The translations under genes were made by a program, and so were the position numbers. The notes below the pieces were generated by a model, which was given only the letters and a program-made list of their open reading frames with translations, was not told where the DNA came from and made no database searches. A stretch of 63,859 nt of DNA, filler included, from Intoshia linei (Eukaryota; Animalia; Orthonectida): assembly GCA_001642005.1 (NCBI GenBank). It is 5 parts of 5 records of this genome, joined end to end, with 100 filler letters (N's around TTAATTAATTAA, not from the genome) between each part and the next. Parts side by side here need not be neighbours in the genome. Positions count along the whole stretch, not along the records: positions 25,051 to 51,446 come from LWCA01000470.1; positions 51,547 to 60,462 come from LWCA01001410.1; positions 60,563 to 62,698 come from LWCA01002393.1; 2 more parts are not named here. The stretch is one strand, 5' to 3'. Positions 49,136-62,798 of this stretch are shown piece after piece. How positions within the stretch are numbered: the stretch's first letter is position 1; the number at the start of each line of letters is the position of its first letter.

Positions 49136-49353
49136 AAATAAACATTAATTAGTAGTAAATTTACTGTTTTCCTCATCTTATTTATATATAATTTGATGTT
49201 TATTGTAATTATTTGACTGTTCAATCAACCATTTTGATTTAAATTCAATTTTATTTTCTTAAAAATATTTTTATTTTGACTTGTCTCAATTTTATCGTCT
49301 ATTACAAATAAATGTAAATTAAACTTTATTATTATTCACAATAAATTAACTCA

Positions 49354-50979
49354 TTATTTCAAATCATAAGGTGGTATAACCCTCGTATGAGTACAAGCTG
49401 ATATTTTGATATCATTGATCGGAATTTGAGTATCAGCATCAGTCTTTTCATTATTTATCTTCTTTATTTGATTCTAAATATTTTTCTTTATTAATAAATT
49501 ATATTATACATATATATATTTATTTCATATATAATATTTATTAATTGAAATTTTGGTGAATCGGATCAAGACAATTTCACTGAACCTTTAGAATGGTAAT
49601 TATGGTGATTTAACAAATAGATTTCAAGAGTCTACACAGTTCCGTACTCGAGACCCCTTTGCGGATTTCAACGACATTTTGTAAAATGGGGCCTCATTTT
49701 ACCAATTGAGAATTAAAAAAATAATATTCTCCAATATCATAACTAAATTGTGTGTTAAATTTAAAATGTAAATTTAAGTGCTCTAATTCTATAATCTAAA
49801 ATATAAACTAATTAAATATTTTGATCCTCAAAAAATCAGCATATTTCACTTATTAGTACAGTGTTTCCCAAATTCCGGTTCGCGAAATAATTTTGAAAAA
49901 AATTTTACTTATTAAAAATAAATTTATTTAAAATGGCCAGAAAAGGTACGTACTATCAATTTTAGTTTATTTGGTGTTAAATGTAAAGCCAAAACTACTT
50001 ATATATGATGAACAAAAATTTTCAGCTTAAAATTTATTCTAAATAAACTAAAAGTGATAGTACGTATTTTTCTAGCCACTTTAATATATTACGTTGCAAA
50101 AATTTTTAATGTGGTCTAGTTATTTCGCTTTAATGGTTCTAGTCTAATCTAAACGGTAAATTTTATAATTTATTACCGGTCTACCGTGAAAAAAGAGTGG
50201 GAACCCCTGTATTAGAACATGGTGCACATTATGTATTTTAATCAAATATAAACATATTATACATGTGTTACATACATACAGTGTTACACTGATAATTTTC
50301 AAAAAAACTCGGTTTTCGCTTTGTAAATAATTTGAGAACATTATTTATGAGAAGTCTAAAAAAATAACCATTCCATCTATGACTTTTCCAAAAACAACAT
50401 GTTTTCCATCCATCCATCTAGCTTGAGATGAAGTGATGAAGAACTGAGATCCATTTGTATCTAAAATACTTATAATAAAAAAAAAACACGACGCATTGAC
50501 ATAAAATTATTATTCACCTTTTCCTCTATTGGCCATGGAGACTACACCGGTTTTATGACTCAGATCAAAAGTTTCATCAATAAATTCACCTCCATAGACA
50601 GAGGTGCTACCAGAGCCATCATTATTTGTCACATCACCAGATTGGATCAATAAATCAGGAACAATTCTGTGAACAGTAGAATTGGCGTAAGACAAAGTAT
50701 CCTACAAAAATATTTAAAATATCAATTAATGAATTAACAAGTTACATTAATTACATTATGAGTTTCATATCCTTCACACAATAAAACATAGTTTAATACA
50801 GTTATTGGTGCAATTTCACCAAATAGTGCCAATTTAACTGTTGCTTTGTAATCCGTTTTCTCTTCCTTTGTCACAGTAAATTCCAAAATGACTTCATCCG
50901 TTACAGTCAATTTTAAGTCTTTTGCACATTTGTAAACTGATAGTATCAAAAGTAAATATGAAACAACTTTAAAATTCAT
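49354..50979 (-). CDS. Secretory cyclophilin, PPIB-like (exons 50979-50755, 50701-50518, 50460-50369, 49473-49354)
   Basis: Signal peptide, [59 protein letters not shown]. Confidence 0.9.
49859..50209. mobile_element. hAT-derived MITE in the cyclophilin intron
   Basis: TIR CAGTGTTTCCCA...TGGGAACCCCTG; TSD tattagta/tattagaa. Confidence 0.75.
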
Positions 50980-53457
50980 AATTTTAAACCGTTATGAAAT
51001 AAATTTGACTGAAATGAATATAATTAATGACATACGTTACAAATCAGTGTGTAACAGTACTAATGCAACATGTTTTTTAAAAAACAATAAATTGACTAAT
51101 TTTCATCGCACAACACTGAATCGGCGTCATGCGTGTTTCCTTTTATTGCCATTTATGAAATAAAAATAATCGATATAGTGAATCCGTTACAATCAAATAA
51201 TATCTTTAGATAGAATACAGTATTCACTCTATTACTCTATAACTCGTCAATTCTGCATTTCGTTATGTGATTATTACTGAAATATATAAATATTAACATT
51301 CTATTCTATAACTCGCCATTCATCCTAACTTATATAAAAGGCTACGCGATTTTTGTTTGTGTGTGTGTGTCTGACTTTAATAATGTAACTAACACTCTTA
51401 GAATTTTTTAAAGACCACATTTCAATTACAGTTTTTTCCGGGACGTNNNNNNNNNNNNNNNNNNNNNNNNNNNNNNNNNNNNNNNNNNNNTTAATTAATT
51501 AANNNNNNNNNNNNNNNNNNNNNNNNNNNNNNNNNNNNNNNNNNNNATTTTCGATTATTATAATTAATTTGATTTGTTTTTTTGATTGACTTCAATACAA
51601 TATATATGTTACAGGCAGTTTGGAAATCCAGGAAATTTGAATTATTAGTCACGTTGCTATTTAACCTAATTAATTAGAGTAAAATAAGAGATTAAAAATA
51701 CACAAAATTAAATATAAATATACAATTGAATTGATAAAAAAATATTCTCTGGTCTGAACACCATAGAATATTTTTAATTTTTTTGTAAAATGGTTTGTAG
51801 GTAAAAAATTAATCTTAATATTTCAGTTTTAACTGGGGGGATAGTCTAAATAACTAAGTTAAACTAAGCTTTAGTTACTAAAGCTGATTCTAAATCTCAA
51901 ATTAAGAAAATAATGAATGCGTTTAACAGATTTTGTTAAAACTAAGCTTTAGTTACCAAAGTTTGCTCTATAGACAATTAATCTTCATTTCTTTGGTTGT
52001 CCTTTGATGGTATGATATCCTTCCACTTTGTAAAAGATGATATTTTTATCAGTAAAATTGTTCAATATCAAAATAAAATTTATTTATTCACAGTTTTACA
52101 TTATTTTGTATCAGATTTTCGTCGTCATTATTTGCTGATAATTCGATTCTGGAAATTAGAAATGAAATTTTTTTTTGTATGGTTTCGTATCCATTGTGTA
52201 AGATTTATTTTTTAAATTAACGTCCGAATGATACAAATAAAATTTTATTTTAATATGACTTGGACGTATTTTTACAAATTTAGAATTACAATTGTTAATG
52301 TAATTGTTAATTATCATTAATTTATAAGCATGATTTTAATTGTATTATTGATATCAGTAAATTTGAACTTGGCGCAGTTTAGGTCTGATAATGATGATAC
52401 ACCATTAATTTTGGAATATTTAATGATATAAATATTATATAATATATTATTACTATTAATAATATAGTATATATCTGGGGAGCCCAACCTTTTTTGATGC
52501 AATCGACAATAAAATTTTTCACTGAGTGGCATTTTTAAAATGTTAAACGTCTCCGCAAAAAATTCTCCAAAATCATTTTTTTTTAGTGTCACCATAAAAC
52601 TGTTATACGCGACTTTATCCGTCCCTGCACCTTAAAATTTCCAAAAAAAGTACCAAAAATCACACCCTAGTGCACATGAAAATCAAACATGGTCTACACA
52701 AATGTTAGCAAAATAAATTTAAGTGAATAATTATAATTCAACATAAATTTAAATTAATTTGAATTGTCCCGTCTATGGTAAAAAAATTGAGAACGTCTTC
52801 TTCACCCAAAATGTATAATAGAAAAAACTACTACAGGTATTTAAAATTTTATTTTTTCTGGGATTCATGTTTTTGAAACGATTTTTTAGTTTTGCAACTA
52901 TAATATGATTGTTTTAAGATCATACATTCAGTGTATATATTAAATTCAAAATACGGTCCTAAAATTAAAAGATCCGCCCTCGGCAATAAGCTGCAGTTTT
53001 TACGAGTACATAACAATCAAGATAGTCCTTAAACACTCCTAACATACTGAATACATTTACATTAATGTAATGTTTTTCTTATAAATTGACACATTTAACT
53101 ATAAGTATAGTTTCGATTGAACATTTATTAGACAATCTAAATGTACGTCTAAACATTAGATTTAGTCTAAAGTACTTGACAATATTGGGATCGGTGTTGG
53201 GTGTATAAATTTACATTAATTTAATTGATTAGTTACAATAAAGCTCAAAGTTGATTCTATTAATTAATATTAACCATATGACGATATTAATTGGATCAAA
53301 CTAGTTATGTGGATTAAATGTGATAAAATTAAAAATTTAAATCCATTAAAGAAAAAATTGATAAATTAAACATTAAAAATACACGCAAATATAAAAGACG
53401 AAAACACGTATCCTCAAATTTGCATTTAATTGTATTATTAATGATTTTTCATATTTG

Positions 53458-54408
53458 ATGCATAAAATGGATAAAGGTGATATGATTGGCGAAATAAATC
53501 AAATTATTAGAGTGAAAATTCCTGCAACAGATGACGTAAAAGAAGGTAAATATATTATTCTGGTGATTTGCATAATAGTAATATCAACATTAGCACTCTT
53601 AACCATGTTAATACATTTTATAACAAAGTTGAAACTCCGTTTAAGTTACCCGGTTTATATGATAAATGTGTTGGTTTGTTATTTTATTTTGATTGTTATC
53701 TTTGGAATATCAGAAATTTTTCACAATTCAAATACCGCAAGTATTGAAATTATACACGTTGCAATATTTTTTTCAAAATCAATTGTAGTTAAAAATGCAA
53801 CATTTGTATTATTATCTTTAATGTTGGCAAGATTTTATCTAACAAATTCCAAGTTTATTAAATTGGTACACATTATGATAAACCAATTTATTTGTTTCCT
53901 CATTTCTTTTTTCATTTCAGCAATAGAATATGGAATTTTTACTTATACTGCCATTAAAGAACCGACAGTTATAGCAATAGACGTTGTGTTTGAATGTCTT
54001 TTACCGTCGTTTGGAATTATGATCTCTCACATGTATTACATGTATAATGTTGACAATGAAATGCGAAACTATTCCAATAAGCAAGTTTCTAAAAACATTC
54101 ATCATTTCTTGATTGTGTTTATTCTCCATCACATGATTCTACAAGTTGTACTTATTATGTATACCAACATAATAAGAAAAACTTTTTACGATACAATTAC
54201 AAATGTCTCCCAATTTACATTGATTGTTATTTTTTCTGTCATAATGATGCAATCATTGTTAGTTGTATTTTTCAATTTGAAAGAAAAATGTATAAAGGAT
54301 AATTGCACATTCAATCCAGTGACATTCGGACATACTTGTCATCGTTCATTCGAGTGTCCAATATATAGTTATAATGAACATTATCTACAATTTGAACTGT
54401 TTAAATAA
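53458..54408 (+). CDS. Intronless orphan 7-transmembrane (GPCR-like) protein
   Basis: 316-aa ORF with about seven hydrophobic segments. LSLMLARF sits where a DRY-like motif would follow TM3, and there is a Pro in the TM5-like segment (ECLLPSF). Confidence 0.6.
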   Translation: MHKMDKGDMIGEINQIIRVKIPATDDVKEGKYIILVICIIVISTLALLTMLIHFITKLKLRLSYPVYMINVLVCYFILIVIFGISEIFHNSNTASIEIIHVAIFFSKSIVVKNATFVLLSLMLARFYLTNSKFIKLVHIMINQFICFLISFFISAIEYGIFTYTAIKEPTVIAIDVVFECLLPSFGIMISHMYYMYNVDNEMRNYSNKQVSKNIHHFLIVFILHHMILQVVLIMYTNIIRKTFYDTITNVSQFTLIVIFSVIMMQSLLVVFFNLKEKCIKDNCTFNPVTFGHTCHRSFECPIYSYNEHYLQFELFK

Positions 54409-54748
54409 ATTATTTACTTTAACATTTGTAAAATTTGTAGAATTTAAGTTTTTTAAAATTTTCACAACTTTTTGTTTTGAATAAATGGTTACATTAGACA
54501 ATTGTAATTTTAACATGGATAATATTAAAGACTTTGAATGACTAGCAAAAATAAAGTTAACTATGCAAAAAAGTTGTTTCCAAGATCTAGTTTTATTGTT
54601 TTCTTTTGTTGTAGTTGGCTGAGTTTATTCCCAAATTTGTAAAATTGTCATATCAACAATTACATGAGGAATGGAATTGGTTATGATTTTGAATAATTTT
54701 TAAAACTAATAAATTAAACGTTTACCAATTTACTTATGTATATAAAAT

Positions 54749-55500
54749 ATGTCAAACTCTGAAACAATCAAATACGTCATCGTTGGTGACGGAACAGTGG
54801 GAAAAACATGTTTATTAATGTCTTATACGACAGGTGGATTTCCTCAATCATACGTTCCTACGGTAAATGACTTAATTTAAATAATTTACGCATGATATTA
54901 AGGTTTTCGACAACTACGCCGTAACGGTGACTGTACAAGGAGTGCAATATACTCTTGGATTGTTTGACACTGCTGGCCAGGAAGATTATGATCGACTTCG
55001 ACCACTGAGTATTAGTTTTAGTTATTGAAATGTAATGCTTTTAGGTTACCCACAAACAGATTTGTTTCTCATTTGCTTTAGTGTCACAAATATTCCTTCT
55101 TTTGAAAATGTTTTTGATAAGGTTTGTTTGTTTTTTCTCGTTTAATTAATTTTCAGTGGATTCCGGAAGTTAAACACCACTGCCCTAATACACCCAGATT
55201 AATTGTTGGTACTAAAATAGACCTTCGACATAATGTTGAGATAGTTTCCCAACTTAGAAAAAATAATCTCAATCCGATCACTAGTTCTATTGTACATGAA
55301 TACTTTAAAAAACATAATATGCTTCACGAGGAATATTTAGAATGTTCTGCTCTTACTCAGGTTTTTAATTATTAATTAATTTAGAATCATTTAAAATTTA
55401 GTATGGTTGTAAACGAGTTTTTGAACGAGCTGTACTGATAGTCATCAAATATCGACGAGATGCAGCTACCCCTAGTTCTCGAAAATGCATACTTATCTAG
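54749..55500 (+). CDS. Rho-family GTPase, divergent Cdc42-like (exons 54749-54862, 54903-55008, 55045-55121, 55157-55360, 55402-55500)
   Basis: [64 protein letters not shown] motif CILI. Confidence 0.9.
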
Positions 55501-55733
55501 ACGAGATTAATGCCTTATTTTATTTTCAGTCGAAATCAATGTTTTATAGTTAAAAATATAAATAAACAATCTCGCATTCTATTGTTTTTAAGATATTTGA
55601 TCTTTAACCAGTAATATAATATGATTTTCTTGTTTTTCATAAGTTTTTCAATTTTCCTCATTTGTTTTTTAACATTTTTAACCGTTTTAGTTTACTTTTT
55701 ATTTATTCAACAGTACAAGTATTTATTTGAAAT

Positions 55734-58700
55734 CTACCAATAATATTTCGTTGCCTCTTCTCGAGTACTGTTTAAATTGATTCGTGAATTATTTTTGTCA
55801 ATTTTCATGTATTTTGAAACTTTTAGAAATTTTATTTTAATTGGATAATGTTCTTCGTGTTGAATTTCCAGTGAAATTTCGTGAGCTGTTTCAACGTCTT
55901 TTGTCAATTTGATGCATTTTCCATGTGCATATGTGTAATACATGTCTAAATCAAATTAACGGGTTTAGAGAAATATAATTTACCATTTAATATGTAGCAC
56001 ACTAAAAACGTTTTCGTGTAATTTTTACCATGTCTCAAACCAAACAAATGGTAATTTGTGTACATTTTTTGCTTTAAGCATGATGAATATAGAACCCAGT
56101 CACATTCAATTTCCTTTGCATAGATATATCCATAGTTTCGGGTAAATAGATAAAATTTTTTACGGTTAATAATTAAGAATTTAAAGGATTCCATTGTATC
56201 TATGGTATCAGATTGGGCATACAAAATGCCATTATCTTTAGCCATAATGTATTTTTCAGTTTCAATCATATACATTGATATTGTTCCGTTATCATTCCAC
56301 GTTATTTTCATCGCTGAATTTTTGTCATTGCTAATAAATTATTATTAATCATGTTTATATTTTTGATTTATGGGTGATACCTTCCTTAAATCATATAACT
56401 GAATAAGTCGTCTCATTGTTTTAAATTTACCGTTTATTATTTCAACCTTTTGACAGTCAAAAGTTGAAAAGTAAGAAAAAATTTTGATTTCGAAAGTTTA
56501 AAACCACAGATTAAGAAATTTTGAGTTCATGGGTAATCTGGGTTTTTGATCGTAAAAATTTACTTTTTCGAGGATTCGATTTAAAACTATGTAGTAATGC
56601 TTATGATTTTAAATGCTATATATGATTTTATTTTATTAAAAAAAAGGGGGAATTGGGTCTGTGACTCTGAAGGTCTCGATTTCTGAAAATAAAATTTGAA
56701 ATAATTAACGGTTCTAAAATTAAAAAAAAGACTATTCTGACACAGCTTATTCCAGTTGATATAAATACAAAATTTAAACCCCATAAATGTGCGGATTCCC
56801 GGAGAAAAATAACTTTTAATATATCATGAACCAATATTTTTCAAATGTTTGGATTAAAATTAAAAATGTAAATATTCATCCTATAATGTCATAAAAAATG
56901 TGCATTGAACATCTACACATTTCCAATAAACTTAATTATAAAGTGCTGAGTCTGTTTTTATAGATTATATTCAGTAAAATCAATTTAAAAAATTTATTAT
57001 TTCAAATGTTAAAATAAATTAGTGAATAAGTAATTTTGGATAAGTAAAAAAATTATAAAATGATTATTAATCATTTTTAAATTTTCAATTAAGACTAAAT
57101 TTTAGTACCTGATTTTTGAAATTTGGACGCCATTTTGAGGAGACAAAGCTATGGTAGATTTATTGTGACTTATTTTCCATGTTTCATTTTTTAAATTTGC
57201 TAATTCTAATGTATACGTTTCTTTTTCTGAAAATTTTGATTCACTGGCTCTTAGATCAATACCTAATTATAAAAATAAACATTAAATTTTAAACATAAAA
57301 ATAATAATTCATAAGTATGTTATTAACACACTTGAGTAAAATACACAAACAAAAATATATTCGATACTACTTTTTTCACATTTTACCGATGTTCAAATCT
57401 TTTTTTGCTGTAATTAATGTAATTGACATTATATTTAATGTGAAAAATATTGTCATGTTTCAAAAATCCAAATTTAACTAAGATGAATGACCCAAGATCA
57501 AAACTCTGCTAAAATTTTCAATTTTTTATTAATATTTTGACTGTTAGATTTTAAATGTACCTTGATTAATGCTAACAAATTTATTTTTGATAATTAAAGC
57601 AAAGAGAATTGGACACGATTGTATTAAAAATGTGTCATATTTTGATATCTCTGTATTTTTAATACACAAGTCATTATCAACAATATTATAAGACATGATA
57701 TGACCACTTGCATTTTTAAAGACTAATCCAGCATTTGACCCACTTCTGGGTTCAAAATTGAAGTTTGGTAGGACAGACTGATCGTTTTTTGTAGTGTTTT
57801 CTTTATTTTGATTGTTAATCAAACAGTTTAAATACATTTCATTCGATTCATACTCTTCAAATCCAACATATTGAATTGCTACACGGGAATTTAAGAAACA
57901 AGTAAAGTTTTCTTTTTTAACGGCAGAATCATCATTACCATTAGTCATTTTTGTAAAGTGTCTGTACATTGGAGAGATTGTAAAACAATGGCATTTTGAA
58001 AGAGTTATTTCTTCGGAATTCTTATTTACTTGCATCCATGTTATTAAATCCTTATTCTCAACTAATTTCGTATAATTTTTAAATTTAAAGCCATTTTCTT
58101 CGTATCCATTTGGATTTTTAGTTTTATTAATGTTTTGATTCACTCCATTTATATTTACATTAAAAGCAAATTCATTTACACCATCGTTGACATTTTTATT
58201 AATACACCCATTATTGATAATTTGATGTGCATCATCTATTTTATTTTTATTACCTTTATGTAATGTATGTTTATGGTCAACGGTTACATATTTTTTTAAA
58301 TTTTGACTAAAAATATAAAAAGACCCAATAGTCGGGTATATTTGTACAGACCATATACAATTGATGGTTTCCAAATTATTTTGATTTTTGACATTCAAAT
58401 TAAAACACACGATATTTTCATTTACATAAAGTCGACCATTGCAGCTAGAAATGATCCATCCGTTTTTAATTCCTTCTTTATCTGGAACAATGGAAAACTT
58501 TGCGTATTTTAGATTAAAAGCATCATTCTGCGTGTCCATACATTTTATGGAACCAAACTTGTCTGTAGCTAAATAACTATTTTCAAAATTTGTAATATAA
58601 AAACAATCTGTAGATTTAATATCTGCCAAAAGATTCCATGTTTGTCTCTTTTTCATACATTTCCCAGAGACACTGACGCAATTTCCAAAACTTTCACTTG

Positions 58701-58764
58701 TTAGAAATCCTAATTTGTTAAATATTCCAATTTCTATTAATTTTTTTGTATTGGGGCACTGCAT
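55734..58764 (-). CDS. Fascin/singed-like actin-bundling protein, divergent (exons 58764-57561, 57262-57109, 56330-55984, 55945-55734)
   Basis: GFLTSESFGNCVSVSGKCMKKRQTW (fascin [24 protein letters not shown]), YLATDKFGSI, FVSINQGIDLRA, FKFLIINR. The 3' end may have a further micro-exon. Confidence 0.8.
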
Positions 58765-60799
58765 TTTCAGTTTTACTTGTAAATTTTATTGGACTATAAA
58801 CTATCGATTAAATAAAATCGATATGTCTTGTAAATAGTCGTGTCGAAATCAACAATGCGCATATGACGAACCGATATTTAATTTTGATATGTCAGTCTGC
58901 TGTCGTGGAAGTCTGCAATTTTAAAATTTTAAATTTATCTGCAGTCATTTATATTGCACTGTACTGCAGTATGTTATTTTTTAAATTATCATCAAATCAA
59001 AAGTCAATAATTATTATAATTATTATCTGACCTGTTGATAGTCAACACTTTCATTTTTAACATGAATTTAGTTTTAAAAATATAATTTATCGTTACTACT
59101 TACAAGTTTTACTGTTCTCTAGTAGAGTCTCTACTGTAGTTCTTCAGCACAAAATATAACTCTGAGCAATGGAGCTTTCAGACATGTTTTAAAATAAAAA
59201 TTGATGCATATAAGGATGACATATTGATAAGTAATTGTTTGATATTTATTTAATTAAATTAAATTTAACAAAGTGTAAATTAAATTAAATGGACGTTTAA
59301 GAGTAATTAAAATAAAAACAATATGGCTGATTTACACCGGTTAGTTACAGAGTTAAAACTTTAAATTCTTCTATTGTATAATTCTGGTTGATAAATTAAA
59401 CAATTTTACTTACTAATATAACCTTAAATTATTTTATACGCTAATAATATGTAGACACAAATAAATTATTAGATATCAAATATTTTACCGAGTTAATTTT
59501 ACATTTTTGAATCTTAATTAAATTTGTAATATGGTGCTCAAATATTCTTTCAAACACAGAAGTAGTAGATAGATTACATATTATATTGAATTTGTAGTAT
59601 TTCTGGAATTGGAGTTATTTGTTTGTTAAGATTTAAATGAATATATCCTCAAAATTGAAATACAGATATCCTTACATATATAAAGAAATTTAGTTAAAAA
59701 TGTATGTCTCTTATTTATTGTTCTGTTTGTACCAGTTTGTTTAAGAAAGTAAGAGGCGTAGAGTTTTAAAAATTTCCAGTACTCATTTTTATTCGTTAGA
59801 TTTTATCGCAAATCTCATTTTGAAAAATGAGAAATTGAGTCCTTCAAGGTTAAAAAAACCCATTTATCCTTTTTTTAAAAATCAAACGAGTCCTAGAAAT
59901 ATAAAAAATAAAAATCTGATCAAGATTTTAAAATTATCAACATTATGATACATTGCATTTTCAAAATTTAATATCTTCACGCCCAAAACCCCAAAGTACC
60001 CTTTTTTTATAACTGAAAAAAGTCTTTGATTTATAACTAAAACTGAATTTTTCAAAATAATACTGGCAAAAAAAGACATTACCTTAAGTGTTGGTAATAT
60101 TGTAGTTTTATTTTGTGGTTGGAATAAGAGGTTTTTATTATAAAATCTGGTAAAATAATGTTTTTCAAAAAAATATTGAAAAAAAAGTATTTTTGCCTTA
60201 AGGATTGGTGAAATTTGATTTTTTATTTTCTAGTTTGATTAAGTGGATTTTTTTCATAAGATTTCGTAAAATCCAATTTTTCAAAAACTATCGGTTTAAA
60301 GTTTAAACTTCAACTTAAAGTCAATTTATCTCTGATAGCTTGAAATGGTATTTTTAAAAAATTTTTATCCTTATTTATATAATATGCTATGCCATATTTG
60401 TTTGTGTGTACAGTGCGCGACATAAGTCTTAGGCACCCCATTGTAATTAATTTAAACACTCCNNNNNNNNNNNNNNNNNNNNNNNNNNNNNNNNNNNNNN
60501 NNNNNNTTAATTAATTAANNNNNNNNNNNNNNNNNNNNNNNNNNNNNNNNNNNNNNNNNNNNTTATAAAAGATTTAGTAGAATTGCTAATTTTAAAATCG
60601 AGTACAAATCCCACATTCATGCTGGATTCATTGGGTGTCAATTCTGGACAATAAATCAATTCTTACAATACAATTACATTACAATACAAATATCACTGAT
60701 ATCACTCCAACGATATAATGGACGGTCCAAACGTATTTTTTTTTGTAGTTTGATAGAAAAGTTATAAGTTTTGATTTAAGAGGAAACTCGATATTTTTT

Positions 60800-62620
60800 T
60801 TCTTAAAAAATAATAAAATCAAACTTGGCATAGTATTTCCAGGTTTCTAGTACAAATAGGACGTTCCAATCTGGGAATTTGAGGACTACTTCTGTAGTTA
60901 GACTTTTTTAGAGCGTTGAATAAGTGTTCGGCTTTAGAATTCCATTCGAACTGAGCGCCTTTCCTAGTGAGATGATAGAGAGGTTCAGCGATATCTGAAT
61001 ATTTCGGAATGAAACGACGATAAAAGTTTGTCAAACCTAAGAATGATCTAACGTCTTTCATACTTGAAGGAGTAGGATGTTGTTGATAGCGGCGATTTTA
61101 TCTGGGTCTGCTTAAATGCCGTTCTCTGAGATGATAAAACCTAATAGTTTTATTGAGTTTTTTCCTAATAAGCATTTTGATGGTTTTACAGTTAATCCTT
61201 CGATTAACAATCGAGACCATACAGTTTCAATGTGCTTTATGTGTTCTTGAGTTTTTGAGGCTGGTAATATGTCGTCCATATAGCAATGTACGAACGGAAG
61301 ATCACCTAGGAGAGTTATGAGTCAGGAGATCCATGGCCCTTTGGCTCATGGCTGGACCTGTTTTTATACCTTGTGGAAGGCGTTTAAACCTATGAGTATC
61401 TAGACCAAACCCGACTGAAAAGGCAGTTTTATTCCTGTCATTTTTGTTGAGGAGGAATTGAACTAATCCTGAAGCTAGATCAAGTGCGGTGAAAAATTTC
61501 ATGCCATGGAAGGATGTTATGATGTCATCAATACGATTCTTTGGGTATGTATCGTCTTTTGCAAGTGAGTTGAGTTTCCGGTAGTCTATGACAAACCTAA
61601 GTCTACCAGACTTTTTCTTCATTAATCTACCCATAGATTCATCTATTCAGATAAACAAGGTCCGATTATGTCAAGTTTGATGAGATTGTCGAGTTCCTTT
61701 TTTACAAGGGGAATTTCAGAATGAGCAAGATATCTAATTCCGCTACGAAATGGAGTAGCTCCTTCGATTGTCTCGATATTGAATGAGGCTGATTTCGAGA
61801 GTCCAGGTTTATCTGAGAACACCTTGGAATATTTTTTTCATTATATTATATTATTAAGTTTAAATAATTAAGATAGTTAGGATTAAATAAGTTTTTTGTT
61901 CTGGCGTCATATCATGAGGACTATTAGTTAGTGTTTTTATATCATCCAAATATAATTCCTCTATTGTCAACATTAAAGAGTCACTGTTTTAACAATATGC
62001 TTATCATCACCACTATAAGTACAACCAGACTGAAAATCAGTTTTCGTAGTGAATACATGATCCATAACTGAGTTATATTTACTATTAATCAAGTTATTTT
62101 GACAATACATAACAAAACTTTTTTCTGATTTTCTCCTCTCTTTTTACTTCTAGATCAGATAACATATTCGTAGATTTTTTCCGTGACTCTGCTACTATAT
62201 TATACTCCTCTATTGATTCAATATTTTCCAATTTATTTTTTAACATAGCATATAACAAAAAATTGTAGTGTTCATTCCTAAATAGCAGAAAATCTTCCAT
62301 GATAGCCTTCGTTCCTGTTACACCTATTACAATGCTACTGTTTAAACATGCTAACCGGTCCACTTCACTATAACCTTGACTATTATACAATAGCATCTTG
62401 TTCTTTCGATATAATAGATAGGTGGTCGTTAAAATATATCGGTCAACAGTATCTACATTGATGTAGTTCAAAATTTCTGTATCACAAATCTTTTCTCTTT
62501 CATATTGCGTATTCTTTATATATTCCAAAAAGGTTTTTCTTAGAGCAATGTAATCAATACCTGTGTCAATGAGAATTTTGAGATTTTTTGAGTGAGTGTT
62601 GAAAACGGTCGCTACAATTT
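60800..62620 (-). mobile_element. Ty3/Gypsy LTR retrotransposon pol remnant
   Basis: Protease ILIDTG; RT LRFVIDYRKLN, LDLASG, KTAF, CYMDD; VRSFLGLTNFYRRFI. Frameshifted. Confidence 0.92.
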
Positions 62621-62798
62621 AAGATTTTCCTGTTTCCATTTTTTTATTGTTTAAAAATTGTTAAGCCCTTTGAAGGTTTTTTAAGCCTTATTTTCCAGNN
62701 NNNNNNNNNNNNNNNNNNNNNNNNNNNNNNNNNNNNNNNNNNTTAATTAATTAANNNNNNNNNNNNNNNNNNNNNNNNNNNNNNNNNNNNNNNNNNNN

